Source: a virus. Taken from it: a stretch of 64,000 nucleotides of DNA. The notes under the pieces are model-generated. The model worked only from the letters and a program-made list of their open reading frames with translations, had not been told where the DNA came from and did not search any database. The stretch covers positions 77,277 to 141,276 of IMG/VR virus record IMGVR_UViG_3300015371_000001. One strand, given 5' to 3'. A program made the position numbers and the translations under genes. Below, piece after piece: positions 56,299 to 64,000 of this stretch (position 1 is its first letter; each line of letters begins with the position of its first letter).

Positions 56299-56779
56299 CG
56301 AGTTGGAGGTCCTGGTCACTGAGGCAGTAGAGCTTCGCTTCGGTGCCAGGTCCTTCCCAGAGGACGTGCAGATCCATCCCGACCTAGTCCAGTTGATCCT
56401 GCTCGACGCTCGGAAGCGGTTGGACCGGATGGAGGAGTTGTTGGTCACCGCCATCAGGGTCCGTGGTCGAGCGCGAGGCGCGGCCAGCGCTCGGCAGAAC
56501 GAGGTGGACGACGAGTGGGCACGGGCCATCGACCGTTCCCGCAAGGACGCGCGGCGTACGAGCGGGAACGACTACAGCGGCGCGAAAGAGCGATACGCTG
56601 AGGCCGACCTAGCGGTGTTGGAGCTACGGATCAAGCAACGGCAAGCTCAGGCGTTCGCCGATCAGGCTCAGGTGGCCTACGACGTGGTCCGGGTGTGTCA
56701 CCGAGGGCTCGACACCCTCCGAGGAGACTGTGTGGCGTACCTGCGCAGCCTTCAGTTCGAATCGAGCTTGGAACGATGA
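56291..56779 (+). CDS. Coiled-coil protein, possibly a UvsY-like recombination mediator
   Basis: All-helical, SGAKERYAEAD; in replication cluster; weak call. Confidence 0.5.
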   Translation: MADELEVLVTEAVELRFGARSFPEDVQIHPDLVQLILLDARKRLDRMEELLVTAIRVRGRARGAASARQNEVDDEWARAIDRSRKDARRTSGNDYSGAKERYAEADLAVLELRIKQRQAQAFADQAQVAYDVVRVCHRGLDTLRGDCVAYLRSLQFESSLER

Positions 56780-57453
56780 GATGCCATAGCTGCGGGCGTC
56801 AGATCTCGAAGGTGCTTCAGGCCAAGATGATCGCCGACTACATGAAGGACGGTCAGGTCAAGACGTATGGCTTCATGGCTCCCGACGGACCGCTGTCGGC
56901 GGCGAAGGGCACCGTGGTCCACGTCTACCACTTCAAGTGCTGGCAGATCCTTCGGAAGCGTGAGGCGCGTGGGGGAGACATGCGCTCTGGTCGTCTCTTG
57001 GGTACTGACGTGGTGCCGTCGGCGTACGACATCGGGCGCTTGATGATGAACCGCGACGACATGGAGCAGATGGGGCTCAGCGAGGAGGAGGCTCGTGAGC
57101 AGACGACGGCACAGTTCACCGAGCGGGCCAATGAGATCCGCAAGAGCGCTCAGGATGCCGGAGCAGCGGTCGAGGAGGTAGCCGAGCGCGAGCGGCGTCA
57201 TGCCGTGGAGAAGGGCGGGCCGTACGAGCACACCCACTACGGAGCCATCGACCGGCAGCGTCTTGAGGCGCATCTGCTCTGGGCTCATGGTCATGTGGCT
57301 GAGGATCGGTCGTACGGCTACATGGGAGTGACCCACGGCCAGCTACACGCGCTCATGACGCAGTACGCCAAGCAGCAGGAGCGTCAGGCCGATCCAGGTC
57401 ACCAGGAGCCGGAGGAGCGTGACTGGCGCGAGCAGTTCGTGACAGACATCTGA
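56776..57453 (+). CDS. Cys/His-rich hypothetical protein
   Basis: RCHSC..YHFKC; His-rich C-terminus. Confidence 0.65.
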   Translation: MRCHSCGRQISKVLQAKMIADYMKDGQVKTYGFMAPDGPLSAAKGTVVHVYHFKCWQILRKREARGGDMRSGRLLGTDVVPSAYDIGRLMMNRDDMEQMGLSEEEAREQTTAQFTERANEIRKSAQDAGAAVEEVAERERRHAVEKGGPYEHTHYGAIDRQRLEAHLLWAHGHVAEDRSYGYMGVTHGQLHALMTQYAKQQERQADPGHQEPEERDWREQFVTDI

Positions 57454-57456
57454 CAA

Positions 57457-57463
57457 CCGATAA
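57457..57463 (+). promoter_or_regulatory. Putative late promoter -10 element CCGATAA
   Basis: Intergenic, upstream of endolysin unit. Confidence 0.6.
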
Positions 57464-57485
57464 GGGCAAGTAGGGAGGTTGAAAC

Positions 57486-57620
57486 ATGGCAACTGATGTC
57501 ATCGAGCCGACGAACGACAAGTTCGAGGACCCCGACGACGATCCGGTGAAGGACGAACCGGACGGCGACTACCAAGAGCCAGACAGTGGCAGGCAGGACG
57601 ACACAGAGGAGTCGGGATGA
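57486..57620 (+). CDS. 44-aa highly acidic peptide
   Basis: GGGAGG SD; 18 D/E residues; ATGA-coupled to endolysin. Confidence 0.6.
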   Translation: MATDVIEPTNDKFEDPDDDPVKDEPDGDYQEPDSGRQDDTEESG

Positions 57621-58297
57621 CGCACGTCGGACCGGAGGAGGCAATCGCGTGGTGCCGTGACCATCAGACGTGGCAGGTGGGTTACTGCCAGCAGTACGTC
57701 CGCACCTCGTTTGGCGTCGGCTCGCTGTACGGCAGCGCGGCGGAGGCGTGGGAGCACGTCAACCACAAGCACCGGACGGAGAACGGGAACAACTGTCCTC
57801 GCGGCGTTCCGGTGTTCTGGACCGGTGGTTCGCACGGCTACGGCCACGTCGCCGTGTCGACCGGCAATGGCTACTGCTGGAGCACCGATGCAGGAGGCCC
57901 AGGCCAGGTCGCCAAGGTGTCGATCAACGGACTCACGTCCCGTTGGGGTCTGAACTTCCAGGGCTGGGCTGAGGACATCAATGAGCACCAGGTCTACGTG
58001 ATCCCGGAGCCGAAGAAGCCAGCCGAGGGTTGGGACCGCGTTCGCGCATCCCAGGTTGGTCCGGGCAAGGACAACCTGGACGTGGCTCGGGTGAAGTTCG
58101 CGCTGCGAAAGATGGTCGGCAACGAGTTCGGGATGGATCTCGAAGGCAAGGGCACGAACATCTGGGGCGATAAGACAACGGAGGCGTACAAGGCATGGCA
58201 GAAGCGGCTCGGCTTCTCGGGTCGTGACGCCAATGGCAAGCCTGGTGACACTTCTATGCGACGATTGGCGAGGAGTGCAGGCTTCGAGCTAGTCTGA
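57617..58297 (+). CDS. Endolysin: CHAP/NlpC-P60-like peptidase plus peptidoglycan-binding domain
   Basis: GYCQQYVR..SAAEAW..PRGVPVFW..GYGHVAVS; WGDKTTEAYKAWQKRLGFSGRDANGKPG. Confidence 0.85.
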   Translation: MTHVGPEEAIAWCRDHQTWQVGYCQQYVRTSFGVGSLYGSAAEAWEHVNHKHRTENGNNCPRGVPVFWTGGSHGYGHVAVSTGNGYCWSTDAGGPGQVAKVSINGLTSRWGLNFQGWAEDINEHQVYVIPEPKKPAEGWDRVRASQVGPGKDNLDVARVKFALRKMVGNEFGMDLEGKGTNIWGDKTTEAYKAWQKRLGFSGRDANGKPGDTSMRRLARSAGFELV

Positions 58298-58330
58298 GGT
58301 CGCTCCTAGTGACTGAGTGAGCACCCTGCA

Positions 58331-58367
58331 ACGAAGCCCCCGCCCTGGCAGAGCGCGGGGGCTTCGT
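58331..58367 (+). terminator. Stem-loop terminator
   Basis: 13-bp perfect stem ACGAAGCCCCCGC / GCGGGGGCTTCGT. Confidence 0.75.
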
Positions 58368-58383
58368 CATGTTCGAACCGCAG

Positions 58384-58417
58384 TAGATTTCCAGAACAGC
58401 TAGGTATTAGAGAGTGT
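58384..58417 (+). promoter_or_regulatory. Putative middle promoter for ssb-rusA-recA
   Basis: 24-bp identity with the dnaB upstream sequence. Confidence 0.65.
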
Positions 58418-58460
58418 CAGGCAACGTCGCTACGGCGACCATCGACCAGGAGCACTCAAA

Positions 58461-59423
58461 ATGCCGCGAGACACCTTTGATCCCGAGAACCGAGCCAAGG
58501 ACTTCACCAACTACCCCAAGCTGAAGCTGGACGAGAACGAGAAGAAGCGAATCGTCGTCATCGAGGAGACCCCATTCTTCGAGTGGGTCCACCGGCTGGA
58601 GATGCCGAAGATTGGCCCTCAGGGTCAAGCGATCATGACGAACAAGGAGCGCAAGAACGGGGAGACGTACCAAGTCCACTCGATGGAGTTCCTGTCGCAG
58701 CCGATCTGCCTAGGCGATCTGGCCACGATGAAGGAGGAGGGCTCCGACGAGGAGCACTGCCCGATGTGCAAGATCGGTCGTCAGACCGACATGCTCAAGC
58801 CAGCGACGCGACGGTACGCCTCGCATGTGCTGGTCTACAACACCAAGCCTGGGACGTTCGACATCACCGAGCCGTTCATGCTCCAGTGCATCCTCTGGGT
58901 CTACGGGGAGCGGCGATACAACCGGTTGCTTGACATCATCAGCGAGTTCGGGCCGCTGCGCGAGCACGACCTGACGTTGGGGCCGTGCTCCAACGCCTCG
59001 TATCAGAACTACGACATTAACGGTTCGAACAAGGCGGAGTGGGCGACCACCAAGGACCGGCAGCGGATGGCTGTTATGGCGTTCAAGGAGAACAAGCTGG
59101 ACGACAAGCAGATCAAGGACATGCTGGGCCGCACCATTGCTCGGGAGTTCATCCTGGAGGACCTTCAGCGAATCCAGGATCGCTGGCGGCGGATCAAGGG
59201 TGTCACCGGACCGTCGTCCGGCGACCAGACGATTCAGGGTGCGTCCTTGGAGGACGGCCTGGCTGGTCTCCTGGACGATGAGGAGAAGAAGCCAGACCCG
59301 ATGACCGAGGCTCCAGGTAAGGCCGTGCCGGATGACTCGGATGAATCGACGGCAGAGGCTACGCCTGACAAGGGCGAGGAGTCGGTCAACTTCGATGACC
59401 TGCTTGGCGAGTTCTCCAAGTGA
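58461..59423 (+). CDS. Single-stranded DNA-binding protein (gp32-like)
   Basis: KLKL..RIVVI..WVH..CLG..CPMC; acidic tail ending FDDLLGEFSK; precedes rusA and recA. Confidence 0.7.
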   Translation: MPRDTFDPENRAKDFTNYPKLKLDENEKKRIVVIEETPFFEWVHRLEMPKIGPQGQAIMTNKERKNGETYQVHSMEFLSQPICLGDLATMKEEGSDEEHCPMCKIGRQTDMLKPATRRYASHVLVYNTKPGTFDITEPFMLQCILWVYGERRYNRLLDIISEFGPLREHDLTLGPCSNASYQNYDINGSNKAEWATTKDRQRMAVMAFKENKLDDKQIKDMLGRTIAREFILEDLQRIQDRWRRIKGVTGPSSGDQTIQGASLEDGLAGLLDDEEKKPDPMTEAPGKAVPDDSDESTAEATPDKGEESVNFDDLLGEFSK

Positions 59424-59923
59424 GGATCGAGGTCTACGGCTTGCCGACGGCTCAAGGCTCCAAGCGAGCCTTCGTCAACAAGCACACCGGACGTGCTCAT
59501 GTCACAGAGACCAACGACAGCAAGGTCAAGACGTGGCGTGAGGACGTGAAGCAGGCAGCGCTTCAGGCGCTCGACGGCGGGGCCAGGTTCACCGGCCCCG
59601 TCAAGGTGTCGGTCGACTTCTACTTCCTACGTCCTAAGGGCCATTACCGGACGGGTAGGAACGCTCACCTGTTGAAGGACACTGCGCCGCCGTACCCGGC
59701 GTCGAAGCCGGATGTGGACAAGCTCCTCCGGAGCACCTTCGACGCGATCACGACGACCGGGCTGTGGGAGGACGACTGTCGAGTGGTCGAGGTCTGGGCG
59801 ACGAAGCGGTACGTCGCTGAGGGCAGGCACCAGGGAGCCCACATCTGGATCAGAGAGGCAATGAACGACGATGCCGAAGTCAGCTACTCCGAGCTTCCAG
59901 TCGATTCTGTCCAAAGCGTCTAA
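59420..59923 (+). CDS. rusA: RusA-like Holliday junction resolvase
   Basis: PTAQGSKR..KPDVDKLLRSTFDAIT..WEDDCRVV. Confidence 0.9.
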   Translation: MRIEVYGLPTAQGSKRAFVNKHTGRAHVTETNDSKVKTWREDVKQAALQALDGGARFTGPVKVSVDFYFLRPKGHYRTGRNAHLLKDTAPPYPASKPDVDKLLRSTFDAITTTGLWEDDCRVVEVWATKRYVAEGRHQGAHIWIREAMNDDAEVSYSELPVDSVQSV

Positions 59924-61046
59924 GACGTACGAGTTGCCCATCGGTCCTATGACCGATGTGGAGCCTGTCCCGGCACTGTCCACCGGCAACTTGGGCATCG
60001 ACTACATCACAGGTGTGGGTGGTCTACCGTATGGCCGATCTGTAGAGCTATACGGTCACCCCTCGTGCGGCAAGACGACCACGGCGCTTCAGGCGGCAGC
60101 CGAGCTACAGCACGAGATCATCTCCTCTGGCGCGGAGGAGTACATCTGCTACTTCGATCATGAGCAGGCGTTGGACCCGGAGTACTGCGAGGCGTTGGGG
60201 CTCGACCTGGCGCACCCAAGCTGGTTGTTCGCACAGCCGGATTCGCTCCAGCAGTCGACCAACGTCTCGCGGCACCTGATCGACACCGGCAAGGTCCGGC
60301 TGGCCATCTGGGACTCGGTCGCCTCCATGACCCCGGAGGACATGCTGACTCAGGAGTCCGGCAAGGCGACGGTGGCGATGCAGGCGCGGCTGATGGCGGA
60401 GTTCATGAAGCAGTTGAACCCTCTGCTACGGAAGCACAAGTGCGTCGCGGTGTTCCTGAACCACATCCGAGACGTGATCGACATGAGTGGTCCCCCTGGC
60501 GTGAAGCGCACCACGACACCAGGCGGGACCGCGCTGAAGTACTACGCCTCGCTGCGGATGGAGTACGCCCAGACGAAGAAGAACTACCGGGATGTGATCG
60601 ACCCGCTCACCCAGGCCAAGGTGAAGCGTATCGACTCGGTCGAGGTGAAGATCAAGGTCGTCAAGAACAAGGTGGCCGTCCCGTTCCGGCAGGCTGAGGC
60701 TCGGGTCCGGTTCGGGCGAGGGTTCGACAACGGCTTCACCGCGTTCTGCATCCTGCGGGACCACGGTGTGATCGCCAAGGGCGACGGTCAGTTCTTCTAC
60801 TTCCACCAGGACGCGGCAGCGCCGCTCCGAACTGATGACATGCCCCGGAAGCAGGGCTCAGATCGTCCGTACCTGCGGGGCGAGCCGGGAGTGATCCAGA
60901 AGCTCGATGAGGATGAGGGCTGGCGGCTAAAGGTGATCCAGATGGCCGGAGAGGTCGTCGCCGAGGCCGGTCTGGTGGCTCCGAAGCAGCCGGAGGAGGC
61001 TCCCGAGATCCCCAACTTGGAAGAATTGGCAAGATCGTCCTCATAG
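59871..61046 (+). CDS. recA: RecA recombinase
   Basis: STG..GVGGLPYGRSVELYGHPSCGKTT..DHEQALD..WDSVA..QARLM..TPGGTALKYYAS..KNKVAVPF. Confidence 0.95.
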   Translation: MPKSATPSFQSILSKASKTYELPIGPMTDVEPVPALSTGNLGIDYITGVGGLPYGRSVELYGHPSCGKTTTALQAAAELQHEIISSGAEEYICYFDHEQALDPEYCEALGLDLAHPSWLFAQPDSLQQSTNVSRHLIDTGKVRLAIWDSVASMTPEDMLTQESGKATVAMQARLMAEFMKQLNPLLRKHKCVAVFLNHIRDVIDMSGPPGVKRTTTPGGTALKYYASLRMEYAQTKKNYRDVIDPLTQAKVKRIDSVEVKIKVVKNKVAVPFRQAEARVRFGRGFDNGFTAFCILRDHGVIAKGDGQFFYFHQDAAAPLRTDDMPRKQGSDRPYLRGEPGVIQKLDEDEGWRLKVIQMAGEVVAEAGLVAPKQPEEAPEIPNLEELARSSS

Positions 61047-61121
61047 ACCTTGTCAAACATGTCTCTGCTGTATTAGTGTGTTTGAGAGAGGCAGACACAC
61101 CACGAACAGAGGAGCTACACA

Positions 61122-62249
61122 GTGTCTAACACCATCACCGCACAGGACGTGCGGGAGGCTGGCAATCTGATCAGCCTGGACGATCTCACCACCATCCTCG
61201 GGTCGACCGAGCCGTTGAACACGGTGCCGTTCGACACGGGCAAGGACGTGAAGTTCCGCATCAACACGGACTGGAACGTCAACATCGAGTCCAAGAGCGG
61301 CGACGAGGCCGTCAACGCCTTCGTCTCCGTCGGCGACAAGGAAGTCCAGCTTTCCAAGGACGCACTCCTGGAGGCCACCTCGCGTTGCGGGATGCCGAAG
61401 AAGTGGGTCGAGCGGTACCCCGCGCAGTACATCGAGGGGCCGCTGAACTGGCACATGCACCAGTCCGGCGAGGGCGAGCTTCACTACCAGGTGCTCCAGG
61501 CCGGTCCTGACCAGCTTGGTGTCGCCGTTATCCGGCAGACCCTTCGGCCCTTCTCCAACCTGCGTCTCGTGGACGAGGCGGTCCAGGGCATCCGGAGCCA
61601 CTACGGCTCCGACACCGAGGTCATGGCCGACCCCCACCTGTACCACTCGCTCCGTCGGAGCGACTTCAAGCTCGTCGTTCCCGGCGACAGCCGGATCATC
61701 GAGTCCAAGCGCAACACCGACGACAACCCCGACAAGTGGTGCGCAGGTCTGGACTTCCACAACTCGCTCATCGGCGAGGACCAGACGGCCATCACCGGCC
61801 ACATGTTCTGCTTCTGGTGCGCCAACGGTTGCACTACCGAGCACGACGCGGTGACCCCCTGGAGCCGGAAGTCCAGCGGCCAGGAGGAGGACGACGTGAT
61901 GGCGTGGGCCAAGGCGTCGGTCGAGGAGATCCTGGGTGGACAGGAGCACCAGTTCGACATGCTGGACGCGCTCCAGCAGGAGCAGTTGTCCGGCGACGTG
62001 AACACGGTGCTGGCTGACATCTTCCGCACCTACGACGTGCCGGTCACGTCGCGTCCGACGATCATCGAGAACATGGTCGAGTCCGAGGACACGTCGAGCT
62101 ACGGCGTCATGAACGCCATCACGGCAGCGGCGAACGACCCGGACCTCGGTCCGAAGCAGGCGGCGCAGCTTCAGCGCGTCGGCGGTCGGCTGGCAGTCGC
62201 AGCGCACCACCGTTGCAACGAGTGTGGTCGGCTGGATCTGACCAGCTAG
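61122..62249 (+). CDS. DUF932-like protein
   Basis: PFSN..GLDFHNSLIGE..FCFWCANG..YGVMNAIT. Confidence 0.65.
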   Translation: MSNTITAQDVREAGNLISLDDLTTILGSTEPLNTVPFDTGKDVKFRINTDWNVNIESKSGDEAVNAFVSVGDKEVQLSKDALLEATSRCGMPKKWVERYPAQYIEGPLNWHMHQSGEGELHYQVLQAGPDQLGVAVIRQTLRPFSNLRLVDEAVQGIRSHYGSDTEVMADPHLYHSLRRSDFKLVVPGDSRIIESKRNTDDNPDKWCAGLDFHNSLIGEDQTAITGHMFCFWCANGCTTEHDAVTPWSRKSSGQEEDDVMAWAKASVEEILGGQEHQFDMLDALQQEQLSGDVNTVLADIFRTYDVPVTSRPTIIENMVESEDTSSYGVMNAITAAANDPDLGPKQAAQLQRVGGRLAVAAHHRCNECGRLDLTS

Positions 62250-62278
62250 CAATTCGCAGGCTGTCTGAGTATCAAGTA

Positions 62279-62322
62279 GTGAGCCCCAGGGTCCGGAAGG
62301 GGAAGTCGGTCCTGGGGCTCAC
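62279..62322 (+). terminator. Stem-loop
   Basis: GTGAGCCCCAGG / CCTGGGGCTCAC. Confidence 0.6.
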
Positions 62323-62343
62323 GCATGTCCTGAGGGAGGTCCC

Positions 62344-62709
62344 GTGATCCAGCCGTACCGTGAGCACCGTCCTTGGGGGAGGTTCACGCAGTACGTCAAG
62401 AACCAGCCTTGTACGGTCAAGCTGCTCCACCTCCGTCCCGCTCAACGCCTGTCGCTTCAAGTCCATGAGCATCGAGACGAGTTCTGGGTGATCCTTCAGG
62501 GGTACGGACGGGCGGAGGTGGGCACCGACGAGTTCTGGGTCCACAGTGCTGATCATCCCGAGGTGTGGATTCCCCGTGATACGGTCCATCGCCTGACCGC
62601 GTCCGAGTTGGAGACCGGTCTGACGTTCCTGGAGATCGCCGTCGGTGAGTTCGATGAGGACGACCAAACTCGTCTCGAAGATGACTACGGAAGGGTTGAC
62701 TCCGGCTAG
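62344..62709 (+). CDS. Cupin, type II mannose-6-phosphate isomerase-like domain
   Basis: RPWG..VKLL..RLSLQVHEHRDEFW..HRL..EDD..RLEDDYGR. Confidence 0.85.
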   Translation: MIQPYREHRPWGRFTQYVKNQPCTVKLLHLRPAQRLSLQVHEHRDEFWVILQGYGRAEVGTDEFWVHSADHPEVWIPRDTVHRLTASELETGLTFLEIAVGEFDEDDQTRLEDDYGRVDSG

Positions 62710-62725
62710 GCCGTATAGATAGGCT
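62696..62725 (+). promoter_or_regulatory. Host-type promoter
   Basis: TTGACT-N18-TAGGCT. Confidence 0.55.
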
Positions 62726-62745
62726 TGGCTGTATTGGAGGCAGTA

Positions 62746-63045
62746 ATGAACGATCTCAGTTCTGACCGTCTGCTCGAAATGGCCGAGACGCTGGAGAACC
62801 AGTGCGAGGCCATCGTGGCGGACCAGGTCAAGGCATTCGAGGAGAGCGGGCTGACCGCTGACGAGTACTCCCCGTCCGAATTGGACGGTGGGCACTTCCA
62901 GTTGGCTCAAGCGCTCCTCACCGCCGTGCTCACCACCCTGCGTGAACAGCACGGCATCAAGCTCACCTCGGAGTGGGCATTTCACTGTGAGCACAACCCG
63001 ATGGTGGAGTCTTACCGTCGGACCAAGGAGGCAGCAACCGCATGA
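62746..63045 (+). CDS. Hypothetical protein
   Basis: GGAGGCAG SD. Confidence 0.6.
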   Translation: MNDLSSDRLLEMAETLENQCEAIVADQVKAFEESGLTADEYSPSELDGGHFQLAQALLTAVLTTLREQHGIKLTSEWAFHCEHNPMVESYRRTKEAATA

Positions 63046-63494
63046 CAGAAACCACTACACTTCAGCCGATTAAGCTGGAGCACGACGCGGTCGAGCGCGC
63101 TCTGGACGAGATTCTGGACGAGTTCGGTCACGACCACATCTTCGAAGGCTGGAAGGCTGGAGCCTGTTTCTACTTCAAACCCAGCCCCAGCGACACCATC
63201 CCCGACGATGCCGACGCTCAATGCTTGGTCGGGCAGGTGTTCAAGAAGCTCGGGATCACCATGTCGATGCTCGCGGCTCGGACGGACCTGAGCGCCAGCG
63301 GCGATAACTTGAAGGTTCGGATCAACTCGTGCCGGTTCACCAAGCTGTGCCAGGAGGGCATCTTCGACATCGAGCCTCGGACCAGGGTCCTCTTGTCCAC
63401 TGCGCAAGGCGAGCAGGACAACGGCAATTCGTGGGGCGTTGCCGTCGACCAGGGTCGCAAGCGCGTGCGCGAGTTGGAGGAGCGCGATGAGTGA
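63042..63494 (+). CDS. Phage hypothetical protein (C.Y..CLVG..AQ..QD...WG type)
   Basis: ACFYF..QCLVGQVF..AQGEQDNGNSWG. Confidence 0.7.
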   Translation: MTETTTLQPIKLEHDAVERALDEILDEFGHDHIFEGWKAGACFYFKPSPSDTIPDDADAQCLVGQVFKKLGITMSMLAARTDLSASGDNLKVRINSCRFTKLCQEGIFDIEPRTRVLLSTAQGEQDNGNSWGVAVDQGRKRVRELEERDE

Positions 63495-63969
63495 GTTCCA
63501 CTACGCGCTCGGCGAGCTTGTTCTGGAGACTCGTGAGCAGGAGGACGGCACCGTCAAGGCGTCGACCGGAAACGGCGGCGTCATCATGATGACGCCGTCC
63601 AACATCGGTGGCGACTACTGGAACTTCCGGGTGCGCTTGGGTGACAAGCAGGCCATCATCGGCTTCCAGAAGTTTGGGACCATCGGCATCGGCTTCGCCG
63701 AGGAGGAGGACTGGAACAGTAACCTCCCCTACGGTGACGACCGTGAGGACGCCGAGAAGATCTTCGACCACATCAAGCACAACAAGGGCGACAACCGGAT
63801 CTCGGACGAGGACTGCATCACCGCGATCATGATGATCCAGGACGCGGTCAACAAGGTCCGTGACCGAGGCGAGGGTCGCAACCCTTACAAGGATGAGCAA
63901 GTCCAGGACGCGGTCAACAAGGTCCGTGACATGGGTAAGGATCTGAACGGCGGTGACCAAGATGCGTAA
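63487..63969 (+). CDS. Hypothetical protein with internal duplication
   Basis: DYW.FRV..QAIIGF.KFGTIGIGFA.E.DWN.NLP; QDAVNKVRD twice. Confidence 0.7.
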   Translation: MSEFHYALGELVLETREQEDGTVKASTGNGGVIMMTPSNIGGDYWNFRVRLGDKQAIIGFQKFGTIGIGFAEEEDWNSNLPYGDDREDAEKIFDHIKHNKGDNRISDEDCITAIMMIQDAVNKVRDRGEGRNPYKDEQVQDAVNKVRDMGKDLNGGDQDA

Positions 63970-64000
63970 GGTCATCATCGTCTTTGCCGCGCTCAGCGCG

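Noticed and set aside
53196-61046. Inteins or introns in polA, dnaB or recA
   Set aside because: Conserved motifs are normally spaced; no intein ends or homing endonuclease motifs.
62344-62709. Cupin as part of a sugar or DNA-modification pathway
   Set aside because: Stand-alone domain with no nucleotidyltransferase or glycosyltransferase nearby in this window.
1-64000. Long minus-strand ORFs (e.g. 26579-27676, 49100-50158, 61053-62252)
   Set aside because: Shadows of + strand genes in high-GC DNA; no motifs, and the + strand is already fully tiled.
1-64000. Frequent GAGCTAG suggesting stop-codon reassignment
   Set aside because: These TAGs are out of frame (GAG CTA G). TAG ends many genes normally, and SAGCTS avoidance explains the pattern.

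Overview
A 64 kb segment of a large, high-GC tailed phage, probably infecting Actinobacteria (WhiB, WhiG/FliA-like sigma, HrdB-type promoters). All credible genes lie on the + strand and are densely packed. Order: end of the tail module (glycoside hydrolase tail end, 1749-aa tail protein with S74 chaperone domain) and holin-like membrane genes; SNF2 helicase, HIT and sigma-28-like operon; a long accessory region with six DUF6197-like paralogs, two XRE regulators, a GG-terminated ubiquitin-like gene with two Cys-containing partner paralogs, a truncated pectate lyase and WhiB; DnaB; a displaced fibre/appendage module; more accessory genes (SPFH, ParB-like); then the replication/recombination core (primase Zn-finger, ECF-like sigma, clamp-loader delta' and delta, family A polymerase, SSB, RusA, RecA, DUF932-like), with two cell-wall hydrolases interspersed. 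No tRNA, rRNA, CRISPR array or integrase was seen. Main leads: (1) a candidate phage ubiquitin-like system; (2) a three-tier sigma cascade readable from promoter motifs (host type, GATYYYC-N10/11-GTATYA, CCGATAA); (3) a complete dnaX-style -1 frameshift signal in a non-tail gene; (4) a PolA with a DnaE-like C-terminal domain beside clamp-loader subunits; (5) apparent total avoidance of SAGCTS. All family calls come from motif recognition by eye, not database searches.
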